From the NCBI RefSeq assembly GCF_052425735.1, contig NC_135761.1, positions 3,844,001 through 3,908,000 of the forward strand: a stretch of DNA of 64,000 nt, read 5' to 3'. A program made the position numbers and the translations under genes. The notes below the pieces were generated by a model. That model did no database searches and was not told the DNA's origin. It worked only from the letters and a program-made list of their open reading frames with translations. The DNA is from Oculina patagonica (Eukaryota). Of this stretch, positions 35,801 through 46,700 are shown in pieces. How positions within the stretch are numbered: position 1 is the stretch's first letter; each line of letters starts with the position of its first letter.

Positions 35801-37416
35801 TCCATTTGCATACTGCGCAGTTGATTACTTTGGTCCATTTCTAATAAAGGATGGCCGCAAGAAGGTTAAAAGATACGGTGTAGTCTTCACGTGCATGGCG
35901 TCCCGTGCCATTCATCTCGAGTCTGCAAATACGCTAGACACCGACTCCTTCATTAATGCTGTGAGACGTTTTCAAGCCGAGCGTGGTCCAATCCGCCAGC
36001 TGAGGTCAGACCGTGGATCGAATTTCGTTGGCGCCCAGAGAGAATTGCAAGAAGCTCTGAACGAGATGGATGAAAACAAGGTACGCAGCACTTTGATTGA
36101 AGAGAATTGCGAATGGTTTTCATTCAAAATGAATCCACCCTCGGCAAGCCATATGGGAGGATCCTGGGAACGGCAAATAAGGACAGTCAGAAGTGTTCTC
36201 GCAGCACTGTTGGCAGTAAGTGGTCGTCAGTTGGACGATGAAAGCTTCCGTACGTTACTAAAAGAGATCCAGGCAGTAGTGAATTCCAGACCACTAGCCT
36301 TGAATGACATGTCTTCAGTTGATTCGCCAGAGCCGCTGACTCCAAATCACTTACTGACCATGAAAAGCAAGGTTCTAATGTCACCTCCAGGCATCTTTCA
36401 AAGAGAAGATATCTACCTTCGCAGAAGATGGAGAAGAGTTCAACACCTGACGAATGCATTTTGGGAAAGATGGAGAAAGGAGTTCCTTAGTACACTTCAA
36501 CTTCGCAAGAAGTGGATCACACCCAAACGCAACATGGCAGTGAATGATGTCGTCTTGATGAAGGACGAAAATGCCCCAAGAAATGCTTGGCGTTTAGCAA
36601 GAGAAGTATTCCCAAGCAAGGATGGCCTAGTGAGAAAGGTTAAACTCGCCATGGCTGCTCGCAGTCTTGACAAGAATGGAAAGAGAATCGAGGCAGTACA
36701 GTTTCTTGATCGACCTGTCCATAAGCTTGTTCTTATCCAGGAAGGAGACCGGGAATTCCCCGACGAGGAGCCAGAGGAGCCACAAGTTAAGACAAGTACT
36801 GACTGAAGGAGCGGTATAGACGGAAGGAGCAGTACTAATCATAGGAACATTACTTACTGAAAAAGCAGTTTATTAATGTAGACCTGGAACTGTTATCTAG
36901 AAACTGCGAACTGATAGTTGATTTTGTTTCGCCGAATTATTATTTGAGTTTTGAGAATCGTTAGAACATTTGACTTTGTAAGGACAGTGGATTCCCACTG
37001 TGGGGAGCCATGTGACTGTAGCCAGCCCAGTCTGCGCGCGGTCAAGATTCGCGCCATTTTCGGTCACGTGACCAGTTTGTTTAACTAGCGTGGTCTTACA
37101 GTTTGACTCAAGTTTATCGAAGGATTTATCGCTCGTTTAGCGTGTTTTCCGTCCCTTTCGCGGTCCCAAAGGCTGGACAAGGTTAGCTGTGTTCTTTTAC
37201 TTGTATCTTAGGTTTAGCTAGTTTCGTAATATTTTGTATTTCGGACTTTATTTCGTTGTATGTTATGTCGCTCGCTCGTGTATTCGCTTCGGTTGTTTAG
37301 TATTGTTATTATTTTACTTTATTTTAGTTTTACGGTTCCTGTTAGTTACCAGTAAAGACTTCCAGACAGATCAGCTATAACTACTTTGGTTCGTTTAACC
37401 TATGTCGGTAGTTACA
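29807..37416 (+). mobile_element. Full-length Bel/Pao LTR retrotransposon 2, in intron 3 of paralog B, antisense to host
   Basis: 406-bp TG...CA LTRs (29807-30212, 37011-37416) with one mismatch seen; 5-bp TSD TATAC; purine tract GGGGAG before the 3' LTR. Confidence 0.95.
30321..36806 (+). CDS. Bel/Pao Gag-Pol polyprotein (2161 aa)
   Basis: FSGNPLDW gag region, C-x2-C knuckles, protease LIDSQS, RT YVDD, HHFSDAS, WTDS, integrase AVDYFGP/SDRGSNF/GGSWER. Confidence 0.95.
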   Translation: MESLDTPGPSLVIEDNRNSASFMPKNNEDELEEAKEDVSDHIEDPDGLEEPKETDLLDQNEDNARQKSKRPHTLTKKGLEYQWLIKEKDFQRALRRMKDKLHKLDMDWIDISDPHILRKERSDIEQFRQYLVRAQSEYVSLLTGDEIHRVVELSACLNKQVVELRMRIGEKIFQLEKEELCSRTSKRSSYSKKTASTRVSKGSASSQVSLLKMKALTELAKREVEMKFARIESEKRLEMERKRHEMEEIQKMKSYETAKAEVDAVTRLEDEGKEENPNLDDLKEFQLKDDEKEERVRDYISSLPDLRSVDSLIPLPDSFVQGNRAHRRTPSSQKEKDTELSNADQIPQAPGKDQGNSAGKQLVTPPHLHVNSSATPYSTPPTIPYCPPTMESQQHGIAQAIAKGMEAARLPTPHLSIFSGNPLDWPTWKVSFETVIEKRSMSSNEKILYLLQYLSGPPKKIVEGYQFLKTDDAYTEAKKSLEKRFGHPSVVAEAFRRKLENWPKIPPRDGISLREFADFLKTCELAMQSVEDLETLNKQHGNKQLLKILPNWVHPKWGVKVRDYQTKYGENKFPPFSAFVKFVTEIAEVQCLPVLTNLDSNFSVKEEKRRNFQRRTENRKSRDVNSLATQVKGPSDSMNGKKKACYWCGNASHELEMCQEFVKKPINERTQFIIRKGLCLRCLVHGHMAKENKCEKLLSCVRCKQKHPTCLHDNRRAPEGTDRSDKATPEAAVKFTNAVDTENLQCSESDATANCTNICSIKGQQSGQDQSLIIPVWVSSGERPQNDVLTYALIDSQSNATFITEKLKQALEVDGVASHLRLSTMHQEDEVIECKKVQGLSVTDLKRQVHIPLPKVYTRDSIPYKPHQIPKPEVAMQWDHLKCIAEELMPYREDVQVGILIGTNCPKAIKPREVIPGGDHDPYGIKTDLGWGIVGRVCKSNPDEDLEQLTESWANKIVINEDATFAMESRAKEIVNPAQINEMFERDFHERTELKGSSTLSVEDRTFLEILNKGIHQREDGHYEMPLPLRSLDVKLPNNRSQALRRLSQLKARFQKDPKYHRDYVKFMEEMIEKCAEKVPSQAETGINIGDGKINYVPHHGVYHPKKPSQIRVVFDCSAKYKGTSLNKNLLQGPDLTNNLVGVLCRFRQEAVALTCDVQGMFHQFFVDETDRDLLRFFWWKHGDFKNEAEEYRMKVHLFGATSSPGCANFAFKRAADDGEKEFGSEAADFMRKDFYVDDGLKSVKCVDTATNLIQNCQAMCARAGLRLHKFSSNKKEVIQAVPPEDRAKGLQELDLTRDPLPIEQTLGVMWCAETDSLQFRIVIQDRPLTRRGILSTVCSVYDPLGLVAPLILTGKQILQDLCRENADWDDPISDELRSRWERWRNEVRLLEGLKIPRCYKPEDFGDIKAVELHHFSDASQAGYGQCSYLRLLNESNQAYCSLVMGKARVAPLKPVTIPRLELTAAVVSVRVSQWLVPELDYENVTEFFWTDSKVVMGYISNVTRRFHIFVANRVQQIHEHTKPQQWQYINTHSNPADAASRGLTTKQLLSDDSQWLRGPSFLWNCGPYRVQEENTPEPLDPNDPEVKACTLVTQSDESYPNYFETARLDRFSDWSRVRKAVAVCLRFKRLLREKRFQKTAVAQTSTAVKNNGTSYQPVDIEEIGQAEMEIIRCLQLEHFKDEIEALSLLQVHGEFSDRQKAKQRNLNLKKCSSLYRLDPYLDVNGILRVGGRLRRANMPEASKHPIILPRRSHVTTLILQHCHEAIKHQGSGMTHNEVRQRGYWIIGGTSAVSSFISKCIKCRKLRGPLVQQKLADLPEDRVDPAPPFAYCAVDYFGPFLIKDGRKKVKRYGVVFTCMASRAIHLESANTLDTDSFINAVRRFQAERGPIRQLRSDRGSNFVGAQRELQEALNEMDENKVRSTLIEENCEWFSFKMNPPSASHMGGSWERQIRTVRSVLAALLAVSGRQLDDESFRTLLKEIQAVVNSRPLALNDMSSVDSPEPLTPNHLLTMKSKVLMSPPGIFQREDIYLRRRWRRVQHLTNAFWERWRKEFLSTLQLRKKWITPKRNMAVNDVVLMKDENAPRNAWRLAREVFPSKDGLVRKVKLAMAARSLDKNGKRIEAVQFLDRPVHKLVLIQEGDREFPDEEPEEPQVKTSTD

Positions 37417-37427
37417 TATACACTTAC

Positions 37428-37754
37428 CTTGGTTTTCTAAAACAGAAGCACAACTCAGTTTGTCTTCCACACGTGCAACTCGTTGTTGCACATCTTCCAC
37501 ATCAGTGTGCAAGCAATCCATTCTCTTCGACAGTTCTTGTTTAATGACCTCTTGTTCACGCTGTACACTCCTCACTCTTTCTTCCAGTTCCTCAAGACTT
37601 GTTGAAATCTCCTTTAGGGCCTGTGATACTCGTTCCCTAACCCCCTCCACTTCAAATGTCAACTGCTCTACATCTGTCTTCAGTATGTTAACATGCTGTT
37701 GTACCAACTTCAACAGATCAGGGTCCATAGTAGCATTCAAACACAGCATCGTGC
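37428..37754 (-). CDS. Paralog B, coding exon 3: coiled-coil region
   Basis: attaaag acceptor, GTAAGT donor at 37427; 327 bp, phase 1; joins in frame to 28854 (CAA G|AG ATC). Confidence 0.85.
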
Positions 37755-38475
37755 CTTTAATAACAAACAAGGAAGCAAACTATCACCAACTTTATTTCAC
37801 TTCTACGGCCACATTCCCACACGTTAGTTTCGAGATATGGGTCAGTCAGTCTACAGAATCCTTGCATTGAGACTTCTTGGGCGAGATGCTTCACTCTCCG
37901 CCCAGGCTCCAGTTGTTCAAAGGGTGGATAACGCTATGCACCAGATAAATTACTATCCGGTGGATAGCAAAGTAGGATTTGTTTGAGAGTTATCCACTGG
38001 ATAGCGATTTATCCAGTACATAGCGTTATCCACCTCCACCCCCGTGGATAATTTTTTAAGGGTAGCCTAAAAACATGCTGGAGGGTGGGGAGAGGAGGAG
38101 GAGTCACTTCTGTGCTAGTCATGAACCGAAGAAAACTTCGACATTGTTGAAATGCCTTGCCAAACCTTGGGCAAGGGAAAGACTTCGCCAGCCTACCAGA
38201 TCCTATCGCTGGGGTGGTGAGCTTAATTGAGGAATGAAAGTAAAACAGCAAAGATACTTTCACAAGCCAGATAGAAGCATGGATACAGATGAATTAAAGG
38301 CTAGAATCGAAGAAATTAGGGTTACTAATGAAACACCGATATTTTGCAAAAAGAGCGTTTCATAAACTTAAGAGCTTCAACTTAACGCAGGTTTGACCTG
38401 AGATAATTTACTGATATGGACTGAGACTAAAGGTAATGTGGGTTTCATGGAGATCCTAATGCATACGGGTACTAT

Positions 38476-39508
38476 CACAGGTAGCCAAAGCTTAAGATAC
38501 GACTGAAAATAAATAAAATGATCTGAAAAATTAATAAAATGATCTGAAATTATCAACTGCTTATTGTTTTATCTATCTTCTATTACATATTCATGTGAGC
38601 TTTGTTCTACGAGTGAAAATTAGCATAATATATGCTAATACTAAAATTGCTCTCAACTAACAAAGCGAAGCGAAAGGTCGCACACTCGAGCCGTCAGAAT
38701 GCCGACCCATGTTCACAAAATGAGGTGTAATTCTCAAAGTTTGCCATTTCTCACCCAAAACGCCTCAAATTCATAGGCTACGATAATCATCCTGAAAATA
38801 CATACCGAAAAATTGCCCAATGTTACATCCTTTCCCTGTTAAAATGACATTATTTCAGTGGTAAACCTCAACGAACCATCCGTGGCCCAAGTTCTTCTGC
38901 ATTTAATCATATGCAATTTGGAACAACAAAAGCCACTTTCTAGGGGAGGTGTATGGAATTTTGTTTGTTTACTTCTCATCCCTGAGCTCATGAATATGAG
39001 GTCATCATGTGTTGCACGAGACATTCCGTACACCTCCCCTAGAAATAGTGGCTTTTGTGGTTCCAAATTGCATATGATTAAATGCAGAAGAGCTCGGGCC
39101 ACGGATGGTTCGTTGAGGTTTACCACTGAAATAATGTCATTTTAACGGGGAAAGGATGTAACATTGGGCAATTTTTCGGTATGTATTTTCAGGATGATTA
39201 TCGTAGCCTATTAATTTGAGGCGTTTTGGGTGAGAAATGGCAAACTTTGAGAATTACAGCTCATTTTGTGAACATGGGTCGGCATTCTGACGGCTCGAGT
39301 GTGCGACCTTTCGCTTCGCTTTGTTAGTTGAGAGCAATTTTAGTATTAGCATATATTATGCTAATTTTCACTCGTAGAACAAAGCTCACATGAATATGTA
39401 ATAGAAGATAGATAAAACAATAAGCAGTTGATAATTTCAGATCATTTTATTAATTTTTCAGATCATTTTATTTATTTTCAGTCGTATCTTAAGCTTTGGC
39501 TACCTGTG
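38476..39508. mobile_element. 1033-bp foldback element, CACAGG termini, 7-bp TSD GTACTAT (Galileo/P-like)
   Basis: ~480-bp nearly perfect inverted arms with spacer ~38960-39022; TSD at 38469-38475 and 39509-39515. Confidence 0.85.
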
Positions 39509-39571
39509 GTACTATTTATACAGTGCAATGTTTGGAAAAGAAAAAGGTAAATGCAGAAATCGGGCACGTAC

Positions 39572-40167
39572 CTTTCGTCTCCCATTCTTTTAATTCACTC
39601 AAAACATTTCCCTCAGTGGCAGGTAACAGACCCAGGGCTTTCACTAGCTGTTCCATCTCAGCAAACCTCTGCTGAAAGTTTAATGGATCCCAGTCACTGA
39701 ACACACAGTGTGCCCAGGCATTTCTAGCTTTTCTGACATCACCAGCAGCACTCTGTACAGCATGAGAAAAGACTGGGACTTTACCAAGCAGAGCAAGCAC
39801 AGCAGATGCATCACAGTGTTCATCAAACGCGTTAAACTTGGCCATGTGGTTCTCTACATAGAGCTTGGCAAAATCAACATGTGATGTCACCCGGCAGTCA
39901 AACAAGGAGTAATTGTATTTTCTACCTGACAGCCTGGGATGTGCATCATTACCATTGATGTTCTCGTACTTTAAGAATGTTAGCCAATTCTTCAGTCGCC
40001 CAAATGTGCTCTGAGTATGAATGCTGTGGCTGGTTTGAAGATTGCCATACTCCTTCTGAACTTCTTGTTCTACAAACGAACGTATTTGGGTCACGAGAAC
40101 CTTACTGAGTGCAATTCCAAACACCAACCATCTTTTCTGGTTGTCTGTGACACCAACCAGAGTGGAC
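39572..40167 (-). CDS. Paralog B, coding exon 2: HEPN-like (CXorf38/DUF4559-like) domain
   Basis: tttttag acceptor, GTACGT donor; 596 bp; HCDASAVLALL...RNAWAH (R-x4-H at 39708-39725). Confidence 0.8.
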
Positions 40168-43100
40168 CTAAAAAGAGTTCAGGTAATAATATATCTTTTA
40201 GTATTATTCACAAAGTGAAATCACACATTACAGCCACAAAAAATTTTGGATTGTTAAAGACCCTGGTTAAAGCTGTCATTCTGTTTAGGTGTTTTAAAGA
40301 AGTTTTAAAGTGCTTTTTGTAATAATTTATGCAGGTTTAGACTAAAGCATGCAAAACAAGAAAGACCAAACTAGTAAATCAAATTATTAAAATAAGTACA
40401 TATTTTGTAACACCATCATAATGCAAACAATTAAGACACTATTTTGGACTAGAACCACTGGACACTCACGACTGACTACACTGTATGGTAGCAACATGTG
40501 GCAAATGCAGTATATGTATATATCTGGCTTTTATCATTACAAGTGTCTTGGTAACTAATGGAAATGACAATGCATAAGCTGAGCTATTAAAACTCTTACA
40601 TTGTAATGCCAGTCATCTTTGATGAAGCAAAAAAACAAAGAAGTATGTACACTTCCATATTGTTGGAGTCAGGCTATGGAACATGGCAATATGATAGCTA
40701 CCTCAGGTTGGTGGGTGTACACTGTACCAAGAACCTTGACAAGTGTAGGCCCTTTAAAGCTCCACACAACTCCCAACAAGGACCTTATTTATAATAAGTG
40801 GATGTAAAAAACCCAGCCAGTTTATGATGTTGAGGGACTTAGGTGATGGTGTGATGGAGTCTGTAAGACCTAGTGTACTGTATGTATGGGTTGAGGAGAC
40901 TGAGAGTAGGTTAAGGCACAAAGAGATTGTTGGAAATGCCAGCAGGATCGTAGAGGGCTTGGCTAAAGAAGAAGCACATGGTGTTCTGAGGAGAATGAGT
41001 GAGTTTAAAATAAAGTTGAACCTCTCCTTACAGACACCTTCCTATTACGGACCATTTCTGATCGATGTCCCAACAAATTTCTCACATATTTTCTTTTTTT
41101 AAAAATCTCTATAATATGGACCCTCTCCACTACAGACAACAGACAGTAAATCTCGGCCCCAGGAAGCAAATTCATATAAACTAAATAATCTCTTTATTAC
41201 AGACACGTTGGTGATCAGGTGATGATAATTTGTGTATGCAATAATACAATTTTTCTGCTTGCGGTTACCAAAACGACAACGCTTTATTCGCCTTAGATGT
41301 CTTCCGAATTGTACTTTATATTACTTTTTTGTATGCAGTATGGCATTGTGGATCATTTCATGTGAAAACGGTGATTCGTATACAGTAAATTAAATGCAGC
41401 TGAGATGTACAAGGTAGTACTCTACTCATAGACGGTGTCTCAACACTGGATATTAATCGGTATAGATGCAGTTAAAAGACGAGTGTGGGCATGTTTTTAG
41501 CTACGTATACTGAATACTTCTAACTGTCTGCGGAGTCATAAAAATGACCTCATCATGTGACCTCTATAATACGGACACCTCTCTAACATGGAAACTCTCT
41601 CATGCCCCTTTGGTGTCCGTATGAGGTTTGGCTGCAAGAGGTAGCCCTTTTTTTAAACAAGTAGCCTAGCACTCCCCTAGTGGCACCTTATTGGTGCTAC
41701 TCAGCCAGGGCTGCCTATGCACAGAACGCTCATCCAGGAATGATGGAGGTACTTGAAGCAGTGTGTTCATTGTGACCAGGTTCACAAAAAAACGTGACAC
41801 TGCATTTTTAGTATAAATTTAGAATTACAGTTTAGTAGAAACTATTTCCTTTCTTTACTGAATCAACCCACATAATCTAACCACACAGGATTTACATCAT
41901 GAATTTCCTATATGTCACACCACCACACCTTGTATTAGAATCATAAGAATTTCCTTCTATTGTTTGTTTCCTTATAAAAGAAGTGCAGTTAGTTAGTTAG
42001 TTTAATTCAGTAGTTCAAAGTGTTCAAGACCTGCACTTACAAGCTGAGGACCCCTTGGTCAAGTACAGTACTATTCCTTGTGACCTAAGTCAGTGATTCA
42101 TTTCACTCAGGATTTTGTTTGCAATCACCCTTTTTCTTTTTGTGTTTTGCTGCAGCCGCAATGGCTGCAAGCAAAACACATTGAGAGCTGAAGTTTGTGC
42201 CGTAAGGACCGTAAGGTGTAAGGTGTAAGTGCCGTAACAGAGGAGAAATCTGAACTACCGATGTCAATCAAATCCATGAACAAACAAAATCGAAACCAAT
42301 GAACCGTAGCGCTGATCGCATTCGAAGTTACGGGCCAAAGTATTCGAACGCAAACCACGTTGGACACGTTGGAAAACAGAAAACCGATTTAAAAGTATAT
42401 CGCATTGGGAAAGAAAACAAACTGTGGCGCGACCACTCCAGTTTTATGAGAAAATTATTCTGCAGTTTTCATCATTTACGAAAAGAGCGAAGACTTGGAA
42501 CCTCGCCGAAGGTCATAAATATTTTCTCCAAAGGACCGGTTAGTGCACAGTTTGTAAACTTTCGCTTTGAAAATAAACTTACCCTCACCTTGTCTACACT
42601 GTCTACAGCATACTAGTACTGTATTAACTCTGAACTTCATATTTTAAAATAAAATGTATGAACGTGTAACTTGTCACGCAAAGACAGCTGGAAAGGAATA
42701 TACCATGCTGGTAGGCTGCACCGCTAATTGTAGCTGTATTCGAGCTATATAAAAGACAGCTAGAAACGAATTAATACTAGTAACATCACAATGGGAAAGA
42801 AACTTATTCAGTGGTTCACACCGTCGAAAACAAAGAAATATTAAAGGAAGTTCTCATTCACCAGATTCACTGCATCAGATGCAACATTCGTCAGTTCGTG
42901 TTTAAATGCGTGGCGACCAGTTTGTTTACTAGTTATTAAAAAATAATACGGTCTTCATTTAATAAACAGTTCATCCTTAAATTTCAGCTTTTCTACGACT
43001 GACAGGTAGGTACTATAGTATAAGCCCCGCTAAAATAGCTGGAAAGGGAAAGTTTTTTGAAAAATGAATTTTTGACTGCCAGACGCGCTGGCGCCACATG

Positions 43101-43724
43101 TTTATTTTGTGAAGATTAATTAAACGCCGTGAAAAATAGAATTTGATGTCCAGCGAGCCACTGCATCTTCGGCTACGCAGTCCTCAGTGAATCCTCCAAC
43201 TTCACAAATTTCTAAAACTTTAAGAAAACGAACTTTCGCAGAATCAAAAATTGGTCCTTATCGATCTTCCGATCTTGTTGTGAAGACACTGAAATTCGAC
43301 GAGTGTTCATGCGTGAAGGGATGACTGACGAATGATAATAATTATTTGTAAACTTTCGCTTTCAAAATGAACTTTGCGTTACGTTCAACGCCGTCTTTCT
43401 GTTGTTGTACGCCGGTGCGCGTGCGATTATTTATAATTTCTGAATTTTGCATATTTAACTCAGTAATTATGAGCCGGTTTCCGTGTAACAGGAGAATGGA
43501 GAAATCGGAACCAATCAAAGCGAAGAACTTACTAGTACTAAATCGGAACCAATCAAAGCGATGAACAGCAACAGCTTATCGTACAGTACGAGAGCTGATC
43601 GAATCCAGCGTTGTTTGATCGGTGTTTTAAAGGTGTTTTTCTTGAAACAGCTCATCTGAGGTTAAGTCCTGTCGACGCTGCGAACGCTGCCTGTTTTGGT
43701 AAGTAATTTAACTTAATTTATAAG

Positions 43725-46700
43725 ATGAATCTCGCTCGAGTTGTAAATGTTCTTTACCACAGCTTTCAGAGTGTGTTTCACGTCAATCGAATGAAAGGTT
43801 TCGAACGTAATTCTCTACTTCCAGACCGAAGTATTCGAGGGCAACTTGCGACGCCAAACCACCGAATGATCACCCGTCTGCAGAAGCAAAAGCTTAAGCC
43901 CGCCAAGAGATTCAATGAGCCTTTTTGGAGGACATATTTTGAGCCTCTTATTATGAGGATGTATGAGCCCGTTTACGGGATGAATGAGCCTCTTCGGAGG
44001 ATATATGAGCCTCTTATTATGAGGATAAATGAGCCCGTTTACGGGATGAATGAGCCTCTTCGGAGGATATATGAGCCTCTTATTATGAGGATAAATGAGC
44101 CCGTTTACGGGATGAATGAGCCTCTTGAAAAGAGGATAAAAAAGCCCATACTAAATGGGATAAATGAAGCCCAGAGGGGCATGCACGCAATGTGCTATAG
44201 CAATGTGCAAAGTGCGCCTTTCATTCACCTCACGCCATTGAAAGCTGTGGTAATCTATTATAAGAACGAAAACTATGCTTCAAATTCAAATGTTAATCAG
44301 TGTCAAACAAACTATAGTTTAAACGAAGCTTGTGATATGCTACCCGTCAAAATAGCAAAATTGCCATCTTCATGTAGATCAACTGCTAGAAAACTGTCAA
44401 GGCAGTCAAAAACTAAACGAGTTCGACACCGTGAGCCTTCTAGAATTTCACTTTCCACACTAGTGCGAAGATTAAGACGAAGAAAATTACGAAATAAAGT
44501 GAAAAGGATTTTAAGGAAAAATACTCCAACTTCATCCATTGTGCACAAGTTGACGAATGATTATAAAACCTGGTATGTTAACTTTATTTCCAGAAGTGAT
44601 AACTTTTTTAGCAGTTTTTTTAGACCTTTTAAGAAGAGTACCCTAAAAAAGAAAACATTTTCTTGTACTTCAGACGATACATATAACTTTAGAATGAAAT
44701 GCTTTTCTTCTGAAAAATATTGTGTGTCTAGAAAGAAACTGTTGTTGGCAGGCGATGTCGAATTAAATCCAGGCCCCATTCAAAATCAGCAGAGCCAAGT
44801 TATACCATTAGTATCTTGTACTGCATTAGTCTCATGTAATGAACTGTTGCAATTAAGATTACAGCAGCGAGGGTTAAGACCATTTGATGTTGGTGGATCT
44901 GGGGATTGCTTTTTCAAAGCCGTTTCTCATAAGCTGTATGGTGACCCAGGTTTTCACCTAAATGTTCGTGCTGCTGGTATTGAATACATGAGAGAAAACC
45001 CTGAGAGATTCATTGAAAGTAACACAGAGCATTCCTGGTTACATTATGTGACTCAAATGTCAATGCCTGGTACATGGGCTGATGGTCTTATTATACAAGC
45101 TGTTGCAGACCAACTTTCTCTAAAAATTTTTATTGTAGAATCACGTCTTGATTTTGCAGAGTTAAATGTAGTAGAAGCAGTTGATCCACAACAGGAAATA
45201 AGAGAAATTTGTTTGGGCCATATAGATGAAACTCATTATGTGTCAACATTACCAGCAGTTGTAGAGTCAAACATCTGTGAAACACAATGCAGCACTTCAA
45301 AAGTGTTGGATAAAAATGTCTCCCTGGACAATAATTATTTACTTGAAACAAATGCTACAAGGAAGAGTAATGCTGACATGTCAGAATGTAATGCTAAGAA
45401 ACCTTCTGGTTATATGAGAGATTACAGGCAAAAAAGAAAACAGAATCAATCAACTGCAGAAAAACAGAAAAATACAGCTTACAGAAGGGAATACATCAGA
45501 AAGAAAAGGGCTAAACAAAACAAAGAAAATACTGAGGATAAGCAAAAATACAATACTTATATGAGAGAATATAGGCAAAAAAGAAAACAGAATCAATCAA
45601 CTGCAGAAAAACAGAAAAAGGCAGCTTACAAAAATACAGAGGATAAGCAAAAAAACAATGCTTATATGAGAGAATATAGGCGAAAAAGAAAACAGAATCA
45701 ATCAACTGCAGAAAAACAGAAAAAGGCAGCTTACAAAAATACAGAGGATAAGCAAAAAAACAATGCTTATATGAGAGAATATAGGCGAAAAAGAAAACAG
45801 AATCAATCAATTGCAGAAAAACAGGAAAAAAATGCTCAGAGAAGGGTATACATGAGAAAGAAAAGGGCTCAACAAAACAAAGAAAATACTGAGGATAAGC
45901 AAAAATACAATACTTATATGAGAGAATATAGGCGAAAAAGAAAACAGAATCAATCAACTGCAGAAAAACAGGAAAAAAATGCTCAGAGAAGGGTATACAT
46001 GAGAAAGAAAAGGGCTCAAAAAAAGAAAGAAAATACTGTCAATGTTCAATTTCAGCAAACTGAATCACAACCTCAATTGCAAAATTTGATCTCCAAGTTT
46101 CATGATATTGTTTCCAATGGACCACTGTATATATGCAGTTGCTGTGATCAGTTATGGTATAAACATAGTGTATCTCATGCTTTATCTTTAAGAAACCATA
46201 ATCCTGGTGTTGGCAAATATCTTCTAGACAAAAAAAGTGTGGATAATCTAGAATGGCTGTGCAAATCATGCCATAATTATTTAACAAAGAACAAAGTTCC
46301 ACCATGTGCGTCTGCTAATGGAATGCAATTTCCAACAAAACCTACTTTTTTTGATCTGAATGAGCTGGAGTGTAGACTGCTTGCTCCCAGATTAGCATTT
46401 CAAAAACTCATGCAAGCTCCAAGAGGACGACAACTGAAAATCAATGGAAACATTGTTAATGTTCCAGCTGATATCACAAGTACAATATCTATGTTGCCTA
46501 GATTACCAAATGAAGCTGGAACAATTAAAGTGAACCTCAAGAGAAAATTGCAGTACAAAAGTTCAGCATTGTCATTAAATGTAAGACCTCATAAAGTGGT
46601 AGAAGCAGCCAACTGGCTTGTAAATAACAGCAGTCTGTATAGAGAAGAAGGAATTACAGTGAATCAAAATTGGCAAGAAAATATTGCTACTTTTATATTA

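Noticed and set aside
38839-39145. Mirror-image 95-aa ORFs on both strands
   Set aside because: By-product of the palindrome; no protein features
42137-42143. 7-bp TSD TTTTTGT around the Helentron
   Set aside because: Better explained by T-rich Helentron termini inserted in a T-run; the GT belongs to the 5' subTIR hairpin
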